Positions 25,669 to 39,119 are shown, numbered from the stretch's first letter. The stretch: 64,000 nt of DNA from Squalus acanthias (GCA_030390025.1 CM059432.1:115508001-115572000), one strand, 5' to 3'. Numbers and translations: made by a program. Notes: generated from the letters alone by a model not told the origin.

Positions 25669-26718
25669 ACCGTCTATTTCCACCTCTGTAACATCGCCCA
25701 TCTCCGCCCTTACCTCAGCTGAAACCTTCATCCATGCCTTTGTTACCCCTAGACTTTACTATTCCAACACACTCCTGGCTGGCCTCCCACATTCTACCCT
25801 ACGTAAACTTGAGGTGATCCAAAACTCGGCTGCCTGTGTCTTAACTCGCACCAAGTCCCGTTCACCCATCACCCCTGTGCTCGCTGACCTACATTGGCTC
25901 CCGGTTAAGCAAAGCCTCGATTTCAAAATTCTCATATCCCTCCATGGCCTCGCCCCTCCCTATCTCTGTAATCTCCTTCAGCCCCACAATCCCCCGAGAT
26001 ATCTGCGCTCCTCTAATTCAGCCCTCGAGCATCCCTGATAATCGCTCAACCAGTGTTGGCCGTGCCTTCTGTTGCCTGGCCCCATAGCGCTGGAATTCCC
26101 TCCCTAAACCACTCCGCCTCGCTACCTCTCTTTCCTCCTTTAAGATGCTCCTTAAAACCTACCTCTTTGACCAAGCTTTTGGTCACCTGCCCTAATTTCT
26201 CCTGATGTGGCTCGGTGTCAAATTTTGTGTCTTATAATACACCTGTGAAGTGCCTTGGGACGTTTTCCTACGTTAAAGGCGCTGTATAAATACAAGTTGT
26301 TGTTGTTATGCTGAGTGTTAGATGAGAAAGGATGGGAGGAGGCTCTAGTGGAGCATAAATGTCGGCATGGACTGGTTGGGCCCAATGGCCTGTTTCAGTG
26401 CTGTATATTCTATGTAGTGTTCATTGGAGTGAATATCTAGTCACTAAAGCACTGGTACAGCAATCTTAAAATCTATACAGATTGCTAGCCCTATGCTGTT
26501 ATATACTAACTGATTTATGGACTACAGCACAATGCACAAAATACAGATTCATGCTTATGGCTCTCTACATGGCATGTTTTCAATTTTAACAGGAGTTTTG
26601 GGCAGAACAGAAAGAAGAGGGAGGACATTTCCATGATAGTTTAAAACTGCAGAGTTTGATGATATTTGTGTCAGAATGGCCAAGGCCAGGAACAGAATAA
26701 TGTTGCAGTTATGAAAAC

Positions 26719-26722
<4 letters not shown>

Positions 26723-26778
<56 letters not shown>
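26723..26778. repeat. (GA)28 microsatellite
   Basis: Perfect GA run. Confidence 0.97.
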
Positions 26779-26779
<1 letters not shown>

Positions 26780-26781
<2 letters not shown>

Positions 26782-27777
26782 GGTATGCAACTCTAATTGG
26801 CAGGCTGTGAATAGTGGTGTCCCCCAGGGATCTGTACTGTGGCGTCAGCTTTTCACTATATTTATAAATGACTTAGATGAAGGAGTAGAGAGCTGTATAA
26901 TCCAAGTTTGATGATGACACGAAGTTAGGTGACACCGTAAATAGTGTAGATGGGAACAGAAAGTTGCAAAGGGACATTGATAGATTAAGTGAGTGGGCAA
27001 AACTGTGGCAGATGGAGTTTAGTGTGGGGAAGTGGTAGGTCATCCACTTTGGACCCAAGAAAGATAGATCAGAGTATATTCTAAATTATGAGAAGTTAGG
27101 AACTGTGGATGAGCAGAGAGATTTAAGGGTCCAAGTACAGAAATCACTAAAAGCTAGTGGACAGGTACAAAAAATAATTTAAATGGCTAATGGAATGTTG
27201 GCCTTTATCTCAAGAGGGCTGGAATACAAAGGGGTGGAAATTATGCAGTAATTGTATGAAGCTCTGGTTAGACCCCATCTGGAGTACTGCATACACTTCT
27301 GGGCACCGCACCTCAGGAAAGATGTATTGGCTTTGGAGGATGTGCAGCGCAGATTTAGCAGAATGATACCGCAATAGAAGATTAAGGGGTGATCTAATTG
27401 AGGTGTTTAAGATGGTTAAAGGAATTGATAGGGTAGACAGAGGGAAACTATTTCCTCTGGTGGACAAGTCCAGAAGAAGGGGGCATAACCTTAAAATTAG
27501 AGCTAGGCCATTCAGGGGGTGATGTCAGGAAGCACTTCCCCCCCCCCCCCACAAAGGGTAGTGGAAATCTGGAACTCTCTTCCCCAAAATGCTGTTGAGG
27601 CTAAGTCAATTGAAAATTTCAAAACTGAGATTGATAGATTTTTGTTAGGTAAGGGTTATTATGTGATATGGAACCAAGGCGGGTAAATGGAGTTACGATA
27701 CAGATCTGCTATGATCTAATTGAATGGTGGAACAGGCTCGAGGGGCTGAATGGGCCTGCTCCTGTTTCTATGTTCCA
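26780..27777 (+). mobile_element. CR1 LINE 3' portion
   Basis: [24 protein letters not shown] remnants and CR1 tail. Confidence 0.88.
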
Positions 27778-28083
27778 ATCACAATATTACATTCTTTGGC
27801 GTAATTACATCAGTGGGACAATTGCCCCTCTCCACTATAAAATTACAGGTTTAAGCTGGCTTTCAAATGCTGTTGTAATGGAGGGGTAATGGGATTTAAA
27901 CAGTATTTAAACATCACTTTCTTTCGGCATTAAACATGCTTAAACCTTCCTTACAACAATGACTACGCTTCAAAACTACTTAATTGGTTGTAAAGCACTT
28001 TGGGACGACCTGTGGTCATAAAAGGTGCTATATAAATGCAAGTTCTTTCTTTTTATCTTTAAGCAGTTTTGAATGAGCACTAT

Positions 28084-28244
28084 GGGCTGGATTTTGATAC
28101 TGGGGCGGGTTGGGGTCGTGTCATCCGCATTTCGTGTTATCCACCCGACTGCAATTGGATGTGGGAGATTGATGCAATTTTCACCTAATTGGGCAATTGA
28201 GTTCCAGCATGTGGGAACCCATGAACCAATTAGTGGTTTCAGTC

Positions 28245-28284
<40 letters not shown>

Positions 28285-28726
28285 GCATCCAGGTCCTCTC
28301 ACAGCAAATGCCAGGCAGTCTCTGAAGACATTCAATGCAGCAGCATCAGAGGCGACTTTCAGACCTAATACTACTACTACCTTCATCACATCTCCGTTGT
28401 AATAGTGGACCTGCAGCTGATAGTCAGCTATCCACTTGTGCTCCCGCCAGGTTTCACTGGCGTGTTTCACATCAGGCGTGCTTCACGTCGGAAAAGGGTT
28501 AAACTAGCTAAAACGTTTCAAAATGGCATTACAGAGCCAATTTAGGGCTTGTTAAGGGCTTTAATGGCCTCTCCTGCCTCTTGCAGGCGGGACGGAGTCG
28601 GGAACACCGCACACGATTTTATCAAAATTGCATGGAGGCGGGATCAGGTCCGCCCGCCACTTTTCGCAATTTTAACCCCCCACATGCCTCCAAACCCGCC
28701 TCCACAGCCCTATGAAAATCCAGCCC
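28084..28726. mobile_element. Harbinger-like MITE, 643 bp, with internal (GA)n
   Basis: Perfect 12-bp TIR GGGCTGGATTTT / AAAATCCAGCCC; flanks TAT / TAA (possible mutated 3-bp TSD). Confidence 0.75.
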
Positions 28727-29694
28727 TAAGCTCCTGTTCTCACAGAAGGGGTTAGGTCAAATGAAACTGAGCCAGAAGGAACAATCTTCCAATTGTTAGT
28801 GAATGCAAGTCCCTTCACACTATTACATAAGTACGAACGTAATTTTGTCAGAGACTCGCAATATAGTCTTATCATTTAGTATGATGGCAAGCATTCCAAA
28901 TAGTTTCAAACTTCTCAGAACTCAAGAAACAATAACATACATGTTGAACTACATAACCAGAATATGTCAGAGGAAGCTGCAACTCAACTGTGTAGTGCTC
29001 TGGTCAGAATGTACCTTATTACTGCAGCCCGCTCTGGTCACCCAAGACACATGGGTGACATTTAACAGCTAGAGGCAGTGCAATGCCTGATTGCTAGTGT
29101 TAATAGGCTGAGCAAGAAGGGAAGACTAGAAGCACTTGGGCTTTTCAGCCTGGAAGTGAGGTGGTCATATATAGCAATATACAAGATAGTTGAGGGAATG
29201 GAAATGATAAATCTGGACTTTGCTTTAAGTTAAATTGTGAGGGTAGGAATCTTTTAAGAAAGAATTGGATACTGAAATGGGGAGGGGGGGGGGGGGCGGG
29301 GGGAGGAGACTTCAGGATCTCTCTGGATGGATGAATTAAAACGGGCTGAATGACCGTCTTCATCTGCAATTATCTTATCACCGTGTAACAAATATTTTAT
29401 GGTTTTAAATTGTCTGTAGTTTATGTTAAACTGCAGAGATGGAGATGAACAATTTCACTTCCCATGCAAGATTATCCTTCCTTGACGAGCCCAGAAGCCA
29501 ACATCCTTTGAAGTTCGAATACTTGGTAAAATCATACTGTCTGGGCAGTGCTTCATTCTGACTTTTACCAATTTGGATGCTTCCGGATTGGAATTCAGGC
29601 TGTTCCAGGATCCTAATACACCAGATTCTTGACAGAACCCCTACCTAACACACTTGTATACTTTGTGACTCGCAAATGTGAGGAGAGCATTCTG

Positions 29695-30200
29695 AACACT
29701 GACTCCTTCTCCCTCTCCATCTACTGTTCAAGTTTCACCAGACAGTGCACAACTTTGATGTCCTACATGACCCAGAGCAGAGTTTTCTGACCACTACCAA
29801 AATTGCTTACTACCACCTCCACAATATCACCTGCCTCCTCACTCCGACCTCATTCCCATCATAACCAAAACTCTAATCCATGCTTTTTCACCTCCAGATT
29901 TGACTTCTGCTATGCTCTCCTCACCATCCGTCTAATCTCTCCCCTCCATAAACTCCAACTTGTCCAAAATTTGTCCATCTGCATCTGGTCTCGCATTAAG
30001 TCGTTCCCAATCGTTCCATTCATAGGTGACATACATTGGCTCCCTTTCCCCAAAGCACTGATTTAAATATCCTTGTGTTCATGAACAAATCCCTCCATGG
30101 ACTATCTATTCCCTACCTCGGTGACTGCCTTCATCCTTCTGTTCTGCCCCGAGCCATTTTCTTCCTTTAACTCTGGCCTCCTGTGATTTGGCCCCATCTC
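29695..30200 (+). mobile_element. Old L2 3' fragment
   Basis: FTSRFDFCYALL...HKLQLVQN...IHWLP. Confidence 0.7.
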
Positions 30201-30324
30201 CTAACTTATACATGCACAGAAGCTACAAGATGGAAACAGTCCATTCGACCCAACCAGTCTATGTCGGCGGTTACCTCCAGGTAAGCAAATAGTTCTAATC
30301 ACATTTACCCTGATCCAATATCCT

Positions 30325-30621
30325 ATATGATAAAAGGATTCAATAGGGTAGATGCAAAGAAACTATTTCCTCTGGCGGGGGAATCCAGAACAAGCGGACA
30401 CAATCTTAAAATTAGAACTAGGCCATTAAGGAGTGAAATCAGGAAGCATTTTTTCACAAAGGGTAGTGGAAATCTGAAAATGCTCTCCGCCACAAGGCTG
30501 TGGATGCTAGGTCAATTGTAATTTAAAAGACCGAGATCGACAGATTTTTTAATCAGGTAAGGGCATCAAGAGATATGGATCAAAGACGGGTAAATGGAGT
30601 TGAGGTAAAGATCAGCCATGA
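30325..30621 (+). mobile_element. CR1 3' fragment
   Basis: KGFNRVDAKKLFPLAGESRTSGHNLKI plus 3'UTR. Confidence 0.82.
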
Positions 30622-32344
30622 TATAACTGAATGGTGGAACAGGCTCCAGGAGCTGAATGGACTACTCTTGTTCCCATGTTCAATCCCCTTTCCTTCATCC
30701 ACCTATTCAATCTAATCGTGAATGTTGACAGTTTCTGCCTCGACCACTAACTCTGGAAGTGAATGCCAAACCTCGCAACTCTGTAAAATAAGTTACTCCT
30801 GTTTCTGTTCTAAATTTCTTATATATAATCTTGCATCTATGCCCCTTGTTCTTGACCCCTCTAACTCTTCTACTGATGCCCAATTTTTACTCTTTCGGGA
30901 AGCATCTTTTCTACATTAAAGGTGCTATATAAATGCAAATTTATCGTTGAAAGATCCAAGATGATGGGTGTTCAGAGAAGCTGCGGCAGAAAGCAGCAAT
31001 AAAATCAAAGATATCTCCAATGAAACCTATTTTTCTGGGGTCAGATGGCTCTGGATTAGCCAAACCCAAGTTGCAGTCCCCACTAAAATGAATAGAGCTA
31101 AACTTAGATACAACAGCTGGCTCCTCCCAGTCAGTAACAGTCAGAAGGGTCTGAGGGAAGGAGACCTGGCATAGAAGGTCTCAGTTGAGTAGTAATTTTG
31201 AATTTCTTTAAAATGGCAGGAATAGGTTTGTAATTACTACTCCCCCTAGACTTTCCTTCCCTTTAAAGAGAAAATCTACTGTATTAAGTGGGCATCCTTA
31301 AACAAGCGTAAAAGCATTTCAAATCCAAACTGACACAGATATTCAGTGTCGGTTAAAAACTTGATGGCAAAGAATCCATTTTGCTTTGAAGGTCAGATTA
31401 TCCTTTCACCCTGCTCTATATCAATTCTAAGAGGTGCCATCTCGAGTCCCTACCTACACATACAAGAGGGTAAAAAAGCATCTTTCTTAGCTTTATTGTC
31501 GAGAAAGTTTTAATAAAAATGTCAAATTATACATGGTTCATCAGCATTAACAAGCAGGTAACAATCAACTGAAAATGATTTTTGAATGTAATGCGACTAC
31601 TCGGGCTAATGTGATATTAAAAAAAAAAGCTTTAAGTATGGAACAAAGAGTTTTTGACAAAACTATTGCCAGATCCTGGGGAATGTAGTCTAGTCTGGTA
31701 GGACTCTCATCACATACTGGACAGAGTGATGATACTTTCCTTTTGAATAAGAGAGATAAGACAGTGGTTCTAAATTGATCAAGTGATCGAATAGCATAGC
31801 TGATTTCATAGCCTAATAACGTTGATGGGTTTTTGCTCTTAGAATCTTTAAATCACCGATTCTTTTATTTTATTGGTATACTCAAAGTTTTATAGCACTG
31901 ATATTGTAGCAAGAGACAGCATAGCAGAATTAATTGGTTCTTGCAGTATTTCACACTGTAAAATAGTGCATCAGTAGTCATAAAGTTATCCTATAAATGT
32001 GTCTGTAGCAAGCTAGGACTAAATGTGGCTTATAGGTACTTACATATGTTTAATGTCATTTTGCTTGTAATGTGCTTTCCAACTTTCCTCCATAATTCAA
32101 AAGCCCATTGTATAAAATACCATCGGACTGTTAAATATGCAATGAAATTCTCCAGAAGCAACCCTGTGCTATGTCTAGAAAGCTGCTTTGGTAAATTATC
32201 CAAATAATGAAACCATTGAGAGTTTAAAAAAATGCTCAAATAACCATATAAATCACACATCATAGAAATAAATCCCAAGATTTCATTATAACACTAACAG
32301 GAAACTAGGGGTCAGGTATTATTCATCATAATATTATCACTTAC

Positions 32345-32480
32345 CACACCAAGCTTTTCAGAAGCATTAGCCTTCCACAAACGGATATTCATTTCATCAG
32401 AACCACATAGTATGTACTTGTTGTCGGCAGACCATTTTACACACATAACGTGCTGCATACGTTTTGTATGGTACACCTCC
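32345..32480 (-). CDS. DCAF13: DCAF13 coding exon (probable exon 9), 136 nt
   Basis: tattttctag|GGAGGTG...GGTGTG|gtaagt; encodes EVYHTKRMQHVMCVKWSADNKYILCGSDEMNIRLWKANASEKLGV. Phase 2/0. Absent from the ORF track. Confidence 0.97.
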
Positions 32481-33649
32481 CTAGAAAATAAAATGGTTAT
32501 ATTAACAGAAAGACACTATACAGCCAGCATTACTATTTGAAACAGAAGTCATATGACAAAACAGAAAGCTTACTTGTGGATCAAACACACACAAACAAAT
32601 GAACCTACAGTTGTTGCTGCCATCAGTGAAGTAAATAGAAAGTGCTAAATCTAAAATTGTTTTCAATCCACATCCATGATGTTTACTCCCATGAATGGTA
32701 TATTTGCTCAAAAGGTTTGTCCATGTGAAAAAATGTTACACCCAAATTACACAATCACTTTCTATAAAATTTATTGCAGTTTCATTCATTTCTGCAACCT
32801 ATCACACTGCAACAAGTTAAAATAACCATGGTTTACATGTAATGCAAAACATTTACATTGCCAAGAGTATTCGAGAACTATTGAGACGCATACCTGTGAA
32901 TTCCTGAAATGTGGATAAAATGAGGGGAAATGGGCATTTTTCTTGTTGGCATTGAGTGCATATACTGCATTCATATGAAGTTAGGATCAAGGTAGATTTA
33001 AATAAGGAAAATGCCATTATCTAATACTAACAAATGCAGGATCAGTTAAGAGGAGACTTTTAAGCAAATAGAGTTCCACTGCTTTTTAAAAAATGTACAA
33101 TGGAAAAGTATATTTTCCTCAAGTTCAGCAGTGTCACCTGCTCAAAATCAACATGAAATACCCTAATAAATCTACTTTTCAAAATTAAGCAATTTTGATA
33201 ATTAAGTTTATAAAGATTAAATACCTAATTTTAAGTGATTAAAGTGAATTAAAACTGTACAAAGCCAGATACAGGGTTTTTATGATTGAGCCACAAATAC
33301 CAGATTCTGTTGACTTTGGTCCCAGAAATCCATAACATACCTGTGGAAAATGTAATGCCCAGTCACAATGAGGTTATTTGTGCCAGGGAAGCACAAGCAA
33401 TTAATTTAAATATTTTACTTTACTGTTGGTGGGATGAGCGGAAGTTTGTTTTTCTTAAACCTTAATTCAATTATAGGAAAATTATTAAAATGGTTCAAGT
33501 CAACACATACAAACCTTATGATATTTTATGCATTCAGGATGGTGTTTAAAAACTACTTCAAACAGGGTTTAGAACTTGCATGACATGGTCATAAGTGCCT
33601 GCCATGCTGATGGTGGCTATTTACCAGGTGATACTAATTTAAATCTCCA

Positions 33650-34146
33650 CCCCACTCCCACTCTGACCTCAGCCCTCCTGCACTGTTCCAATGAAGCTCA
33701 ACGTAAGCTCGAGGAACAGCATCTCATCTTTCGATTTGACTTTACAACCTTCTGGACTCAGCCATTGAGTTCAACATCTTCAGATTACAACCACTGCTCC
33801 CATTTCTTCGGACAGCAGATGCTTGTAATGATTCTACTGTTGCCATTTACAGTTCCTCTAGACCCATATTTTGTTTATTTACTTGTCCCAGTACCATCTC
33901 CTTTTGCCTTGCACCAGCATCCCTTTTGTCATTTAATCACTCCTGCCTTCCATCCCATCACAGAGCTTCCCTTTTGTTCTTTCCTCTCCTGCCCCCCTTT
34001 CCCTGCCTCTGCACTTGCTTAAAACCTGTTACATCTATAACATTTTCCAGTTCTGACAAAAGGTCATCAATCTGAAACATTTCTCTCTCTCCACAGATGC
34101 TGCCTGACCTGCTGAGTATTTCCAGCATTTTCTGTTTTTATTTCAG
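33650..34146 (+). mobile_element. Penelope 3' end plus pLTR with decayed hammerhead
   Basis: CSNEAQRKLEEQHLIFR, then cagttctgacaaaaggtcatcaatctgaaac, then gatgctgcctgacctgctgag. This links the short pLTR elements to the coding Penelope. Confidence 0.8.
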
Positions 34147-35549
34147 TGAAGGTGGTGCTAGTGTAACTGATCTAAATTTCTTATGCTTGTAATGAATATG
34201 TTGATGAACTGTTAAAATAATTTAGGACAGATGTCAGGAAATTGTTCATAAAAAGAGTGAATAACTTATAGATTTCCAGTACTAGCAGTGGACACAAAAA
34301 CTCTGGAATCGTTTAAGAAACAATTGGATGCTGATATTGGGGTACTCTAAGATTTCTATGGATGAATTAATAATACATTGAACCGTGTTTCGTCCTGTCC
34401 TGGGCACATCCGATATGAATGAAGAAATGGCTGTGGTGGTCTTTTCAGTTGTCATTATGCAAGAGCAAAACTAGACCAATGTATGGAATTACAGTAAACC
34501 AGAGAGATAATCTCAGCCAATTTCTACTCATTACAAAAAAAAAAAATGGGAAAAGGTAGTTCACTCCTGTGCGGTCCCATGTAGCCTTTCTAGCAAGGCA
34601 CTCATCTTCTTTTGCAACATAACCTCAATGCTTCTTAAGTCAAAACAACCCCCCTATGTAACAAAAAAATGAAACACTGGCAACTTATTTAAAAACATTA
34701 ATGATTGTTGAGATATCAACTACAATGTACAAACTTTTTGCATGGCTGTTCAAACATTCTAAACCAGAAAAAAAAAATCACAGAAAATTTGTTCCATTAC
34801 AATATACATTAAAAGTAATAATTGGAATGAGAGTCAACTTTTGCAACAAAAAATTGCTGAAAGAGAGTCTGGTAAAATAATCTTGTTTAAACTCGCAATG
34901 AAAGGCCCTTGTTTGCGCTGACCACTGAAAAGTACATTCATCTGTGCTCAGCAAACTGTGGAAATTCCTGCTAAATCATGGGCAAAAGCTTTTAAAAGCT
35001 GTATTAAAATCAATATGCAATATCACTGATCAATGGTACACTCTATTTTTGTTTCAACTTCTTCAGTATTAGCACTGCTAAATTCATATCTACAAAGAAC
35101 AAATTAATGACATTATAGCATTCTTTTATAAATTAAGTAAAGGCTGAGGAGCAAAAGGGATTGTGTGTTAAATAATTATCGCCACTCCAACTCCTATAGA
35201 ATAAATCCGCGATGCGCAAATTCTTAAAATCGACAATTAAACTTCACTTTCTAAAATAAAAATGTCTGCTGTTTAAAACTACAAAAAACAGAGTTTTGCT
35301 ACTCAGTGTTGATTGTTTTAAATATTGGCCCCCAAAGTAGTATCCTTCATCAGAGTAGCTCCTTAGGCTTTCCATTTTATAAATAGAACATAAAAAATTT
35401 GAACTTCTGGTTAAAGTTTTTAACATCTCTTGATTAGTTCAAATAAAAGGAATTGCAGAGTATTGGAAAGTTCCAGCCTTACGGAAGCAATTTATCCAGA
35501 CGTCGAGGTTTAGCTAAAATCACTTTTGTTGTTCCAACGTTCCTTCTCC

Positions 35550-35935
35550 CCACTCCAGAGATTTGAGAACATAATCTAGGCTGACACTTCAGTGCAATAC
35601 TGATGGCGTGCTGCACTGTTGGAGGTCTCATCTTTCAGATGAGATGTTAAACCAAGCCCCGTCTGCCGGACTTAAAAGATCCCATGGCACTATTTGAAGA
35701 GGAACAGTGGAGTTCTCTCAATGCCCAGGCCAATATTTATACCGCCACCAGCACCACTAAAACTGATTTTCTGCTCATTTATCTCATCATTGTTTATGGA
35801 AGCTTGCTGTGCACAAATTGGCTGCCACACTTCCTACATTACAACAGCAACTATACTTCAGAAGTACTTCATTGGCTGTGAAGTGTTTTGGAATGTCTTA
35901 AGGACGTGAAAAGTGCTATGTAACTGCAAGTTCTT
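35550..35935 (+). mobile_element. Deu-domain SINE (SacSINE1-like)
   Basis: Homologous to 5518-5832 with more 5' sequence (ccactccagag...ataatctaggctgacact). Confidence 0.75.
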
Positions 35936-35994
35936 TACATCTGGCTACCTTATATTGCTTGGCTTCTTAAGCTCTCATTTCATATTTTCTCTAC

Positions 35995-36118
35995 ACTGTT
36001 CATATGAAGGGTTCAACACTCAAAATATTGACTTGTGTTCTCTCAAAAGATTCTGCCTGACCTGCTGAGTGTTTCTAGCATTTTTCTGGTTCATTTCAGA
36101 TATCCACCATTTGCAGGT
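35995..36118 (+). mobile_element. Highly decayed Penelope pLTR
   Basis: atgaagggt...ctgcctgacctgctgagtgtttctagcatttt...catttgcag. Confidence 0.55.
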
Positions 36119-36404
36119 TTTATTGTACTTTTATTAACTTTACTTGTTTACACTTTCTTCTCCTTTCACTGAAATTAGGCGATTCCACGGTTTAAGCGGC
36201 AACAGTGCAGCAGTAGTAACAGACTGACATTCTCTCACAGGAAGAAATGTTTTGCGTATACATATATAAACATTGTGTTGCTAGTTAATTACTTGAGAAA
36301 CCTTGTGATTTAGCTATTAATTTAAGAGTTTTATAGTTCCAATTAGTTCCTGAAACACAGCATTTAATCATGGGAAGGGATGTGTTGCAAAAAAAAAAGT
36401 GGAA

Positions 36405-36618
36405 AGAATATAGAATTACACAGTACAGCACAGAAACAGGCCATTTGGTCTAACTGGTCCATGCTTATGTTCCACACAAGCCTCCTCCCACCCCTCATCT
36501 AGCCCTATCAACATAACCTCCTTTCTCCCTTGCTTCCCCTTAAATGCATTTATGTTAGTCGCCTCAACTGCTCCTCGTGGTAGCGAGTTCCACATTCTAA
36601 CCACTCTCTGGGTAAAAA
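36405..36618 (-). mobile_element. CR1 3' fragment
   Basis: FFTQRVVRMWNSLP plus tail. Confidence 0.8.
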
Positions 36619-37139
36619 ATATTAGCTGATAAGGGAACAAGCAAGAGGATTCACTCCTTCAGTTAGATAGATAGCTTTTGTCAGTTCATTATTTTTACCC
36701 TTAGGTATTATTTGTTCTTTAACTTTCCTTTGGTATAATAATGCGGCTGGCAGGTGTGCAAAGACTCACATCGGCTGTAAATTCAAGCCTTAAAGAGGAC
36801 AGCTGCCACCCTTGAGAGTTGACAGCTACAGTCAAAGTAGAACATCTTCTGGCACCTCCCAGATTTGGTAACTATCAATTTGAAGATACAGCTGGTTAGA
36901 TTAAGAACTTTACTACATGTACTGTCTCATTATATGAATTTTGTATTAAGTGAATAATAATTTTTGTAGAACCTCTTCCATAGCCTGTGAATAATATTAT
37001 TGTGGAATCCACATTTTTAAAAATAAAGCCTGACCTTATGGGACTAATGAGAAGGAGCAAACACGAGAGGCAGTGTCTGTGGAATAACATGCAACCTATT
37101 TAACAGAAAAACCAGGAGAATTGTTAGATGGTTGTGATT

Positions 37140-39028
37140 ATCTATCGAAATCGTAGCCAGAGAATCACCTGCAATGGCTTCTCTTCCTGCTCCCGCATTG
37201 TTACCTCTGGTGTCCCCCAAGGATCTATCCTTGGACCCCTCCTATTTCTCATCTACCTGCTGCCCCTCGGTGACATCATCCGAAAACACAGCGCCAGTTT
37301 CCAAATGTATGCTGTAGATACCCAGCTCTACCTCACCACCATTTCCCATGACCCCTCAACTGTCTCTAAATTGTCAGACTGCTTGTCCGACATCCAGTAC
37401 TGGATGAGCAGAAATTTCCTCCAACTAAATATTGGGAAGACCGAAGCCATTGGCCTAGAAATTCGATTCGGAGGCTTGCCGCGGGGGTAAGGATCGCGCG
37501 CGATATCACCTACCGCGTCTGCCGTCCTTGTTTGCACCCGCAGGAACTTCGGGTCCTGGGCCTCTCCCTAGTGCCGGCGCGCAGTGTGTGCGTGTTCCAG
37601 GGGCGCAGTTAGTGCGATGCGACCCCTGGGATCACGTGGGCCATGGAGAGTCAATGGCAGCAGACCATCTTTCATTCATAGATTTGACAGGAGACCTGTC
37701 AAATCTGTGAATTGAAATCGGCCCCAAAAGAACAGCTAAACCTCAAATAAATTTTTTAAAAACCCCATCACATTAATAAAATAACTATAGTTAAATAAAT
37801 GAACCACTTTAAACAAAAATTTTAATTTTTGAAAAAATTAAAATACTTTAAAAGTTATAAAAATAAACTTACCTTTCTTTAAAGTCTCTAAAAAAAGATA
37901 AACCTGTTGAAATTTTTTTTAAATTATACTTAATTAACTACTTACCTTGTTCAAAAGGGGTCTTACGCCTCCTTTTTACTTGCGTAGAATCTTGCATTGA
38001 AACCTGAAAAAAAACCTAAGTGTGCTGCGTGCGCGCAGCCTCTAGTGCGCACGCGGTTCACCTAGGAACCGCCCCCTTCGCCATACCGGAAGTGCCGGTT
38101 TCCCGCGCATGCGCAGTGCATGCAGGAAACCGGCACTTCGGGAACGAATACGGGTGAGTACGCACTGAGTACTCACCCGAGAACGGCCGAATTTTTGGGC
38201 CATTGTCTTCGGTCCTCACCACAAACTCCGTTCTAGTCACTGACTCCCTCCCTCTCCCTAGCATCTGTCTGAGGCTGAACCAGACTGTTCGCAACCTTGG
38301 TGTCATATTTGACCCTGAAATTAACTTCCAACCACATATCTGCGCCATCACCAAGATCGTCTATTTCCACCTCCATAACATCGTCTGACTCCACCCTGCC
38401 TCAGCTCATTTGCTGCTGAAACCCTCATCCATGCCTATGTTACCTTTAGACTTGACGATTCCAATGCACTCCTGGCTGGCCTCCCTAGCTCTACCCTACG
38501 TAAACTTGAGGTTATCCAAAACTCGGCTGCCCGTGTCCTAACTCTCACCAAGTCCCGTTCACTCATCACCCCTGTGCTCGATGACTTACATTGCCTCCCG
38601 GTCAAGCAACACCTCGATTTTAAAATTCTCATCCTTGTTTTCAAATCCTGCCATGGCCTCGCCTCCTCATCTCGAATCTCCTCCAGCCCCACAACCCCCC
38701 ACCCCCCCCCAAAAGAGATATCTGCGCTTCTCTAATTCTGGCCTATTGAGCATCCCTGATTTTAATCGCTCAACCATTGGTGGCCGCGCTTTCAGCTGCC
38801 TAGGCCCCAAGCTCTGGAATTCCCTGCCTAAACCTCTACGCCTCTCTACCTCTATTGCCTCCTTTAAGACACTCCTTAAAACCTACCTCTTTGACCAAGC
38901 TTTTGGTCATCTGTCCTAATTTCTCCTTATGTGGCTCGGTGTCAAATTTTGTTTTGTAACACTCCTGTGAAGTGCCTTAGGACGTTTTACAACGTTAAAG
39001 GCGCTATATAAATACAAATTGTTGTTGT
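37140..39028 (+). mobile_element. L2 LINE 3' portion interrupted by a TIR element
   Basis: GVPQGSILGPLLF...LNIGKTEAI, insertion, then continuation to IGGRAFSCLGPKLWNSLP and a ttgttgttg tail. Confidence 0.9.
37452..38201. mobile_element. Non-autonomous Harbinger-like DNA element, 750 bp
   Basis: TIR GGCCTAGAAATTCG / CGAATTTTTGGGCC (2 mismatches) and duplicated ATT. Removing the element restores L2 gaagccattgtcttcgg. Confidence 0.8.
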
Positions 39029-39119
39029 AATGTTATGTTCCCAGCTATGCTTACATTCTTCTTGTAGAGTCATCAATTCCAAAGGATATACTTTGCAGCA
39101 AATTTTAAAAAAAAATGTT

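Larger units (their letters stand above)
22591..26307 (+). mobile_element. L2 LINE with near-complete but disrupted ORF2 (APE endonuclease plus RT)
   Basis: LQNVRS...IMALTETWL, LILGDFNLH, ISDHFLV, PISNLPFLSKVLE, GVPQGS, FHMYANDTQLY; (TTG)n tail. Confidence 0.92.
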
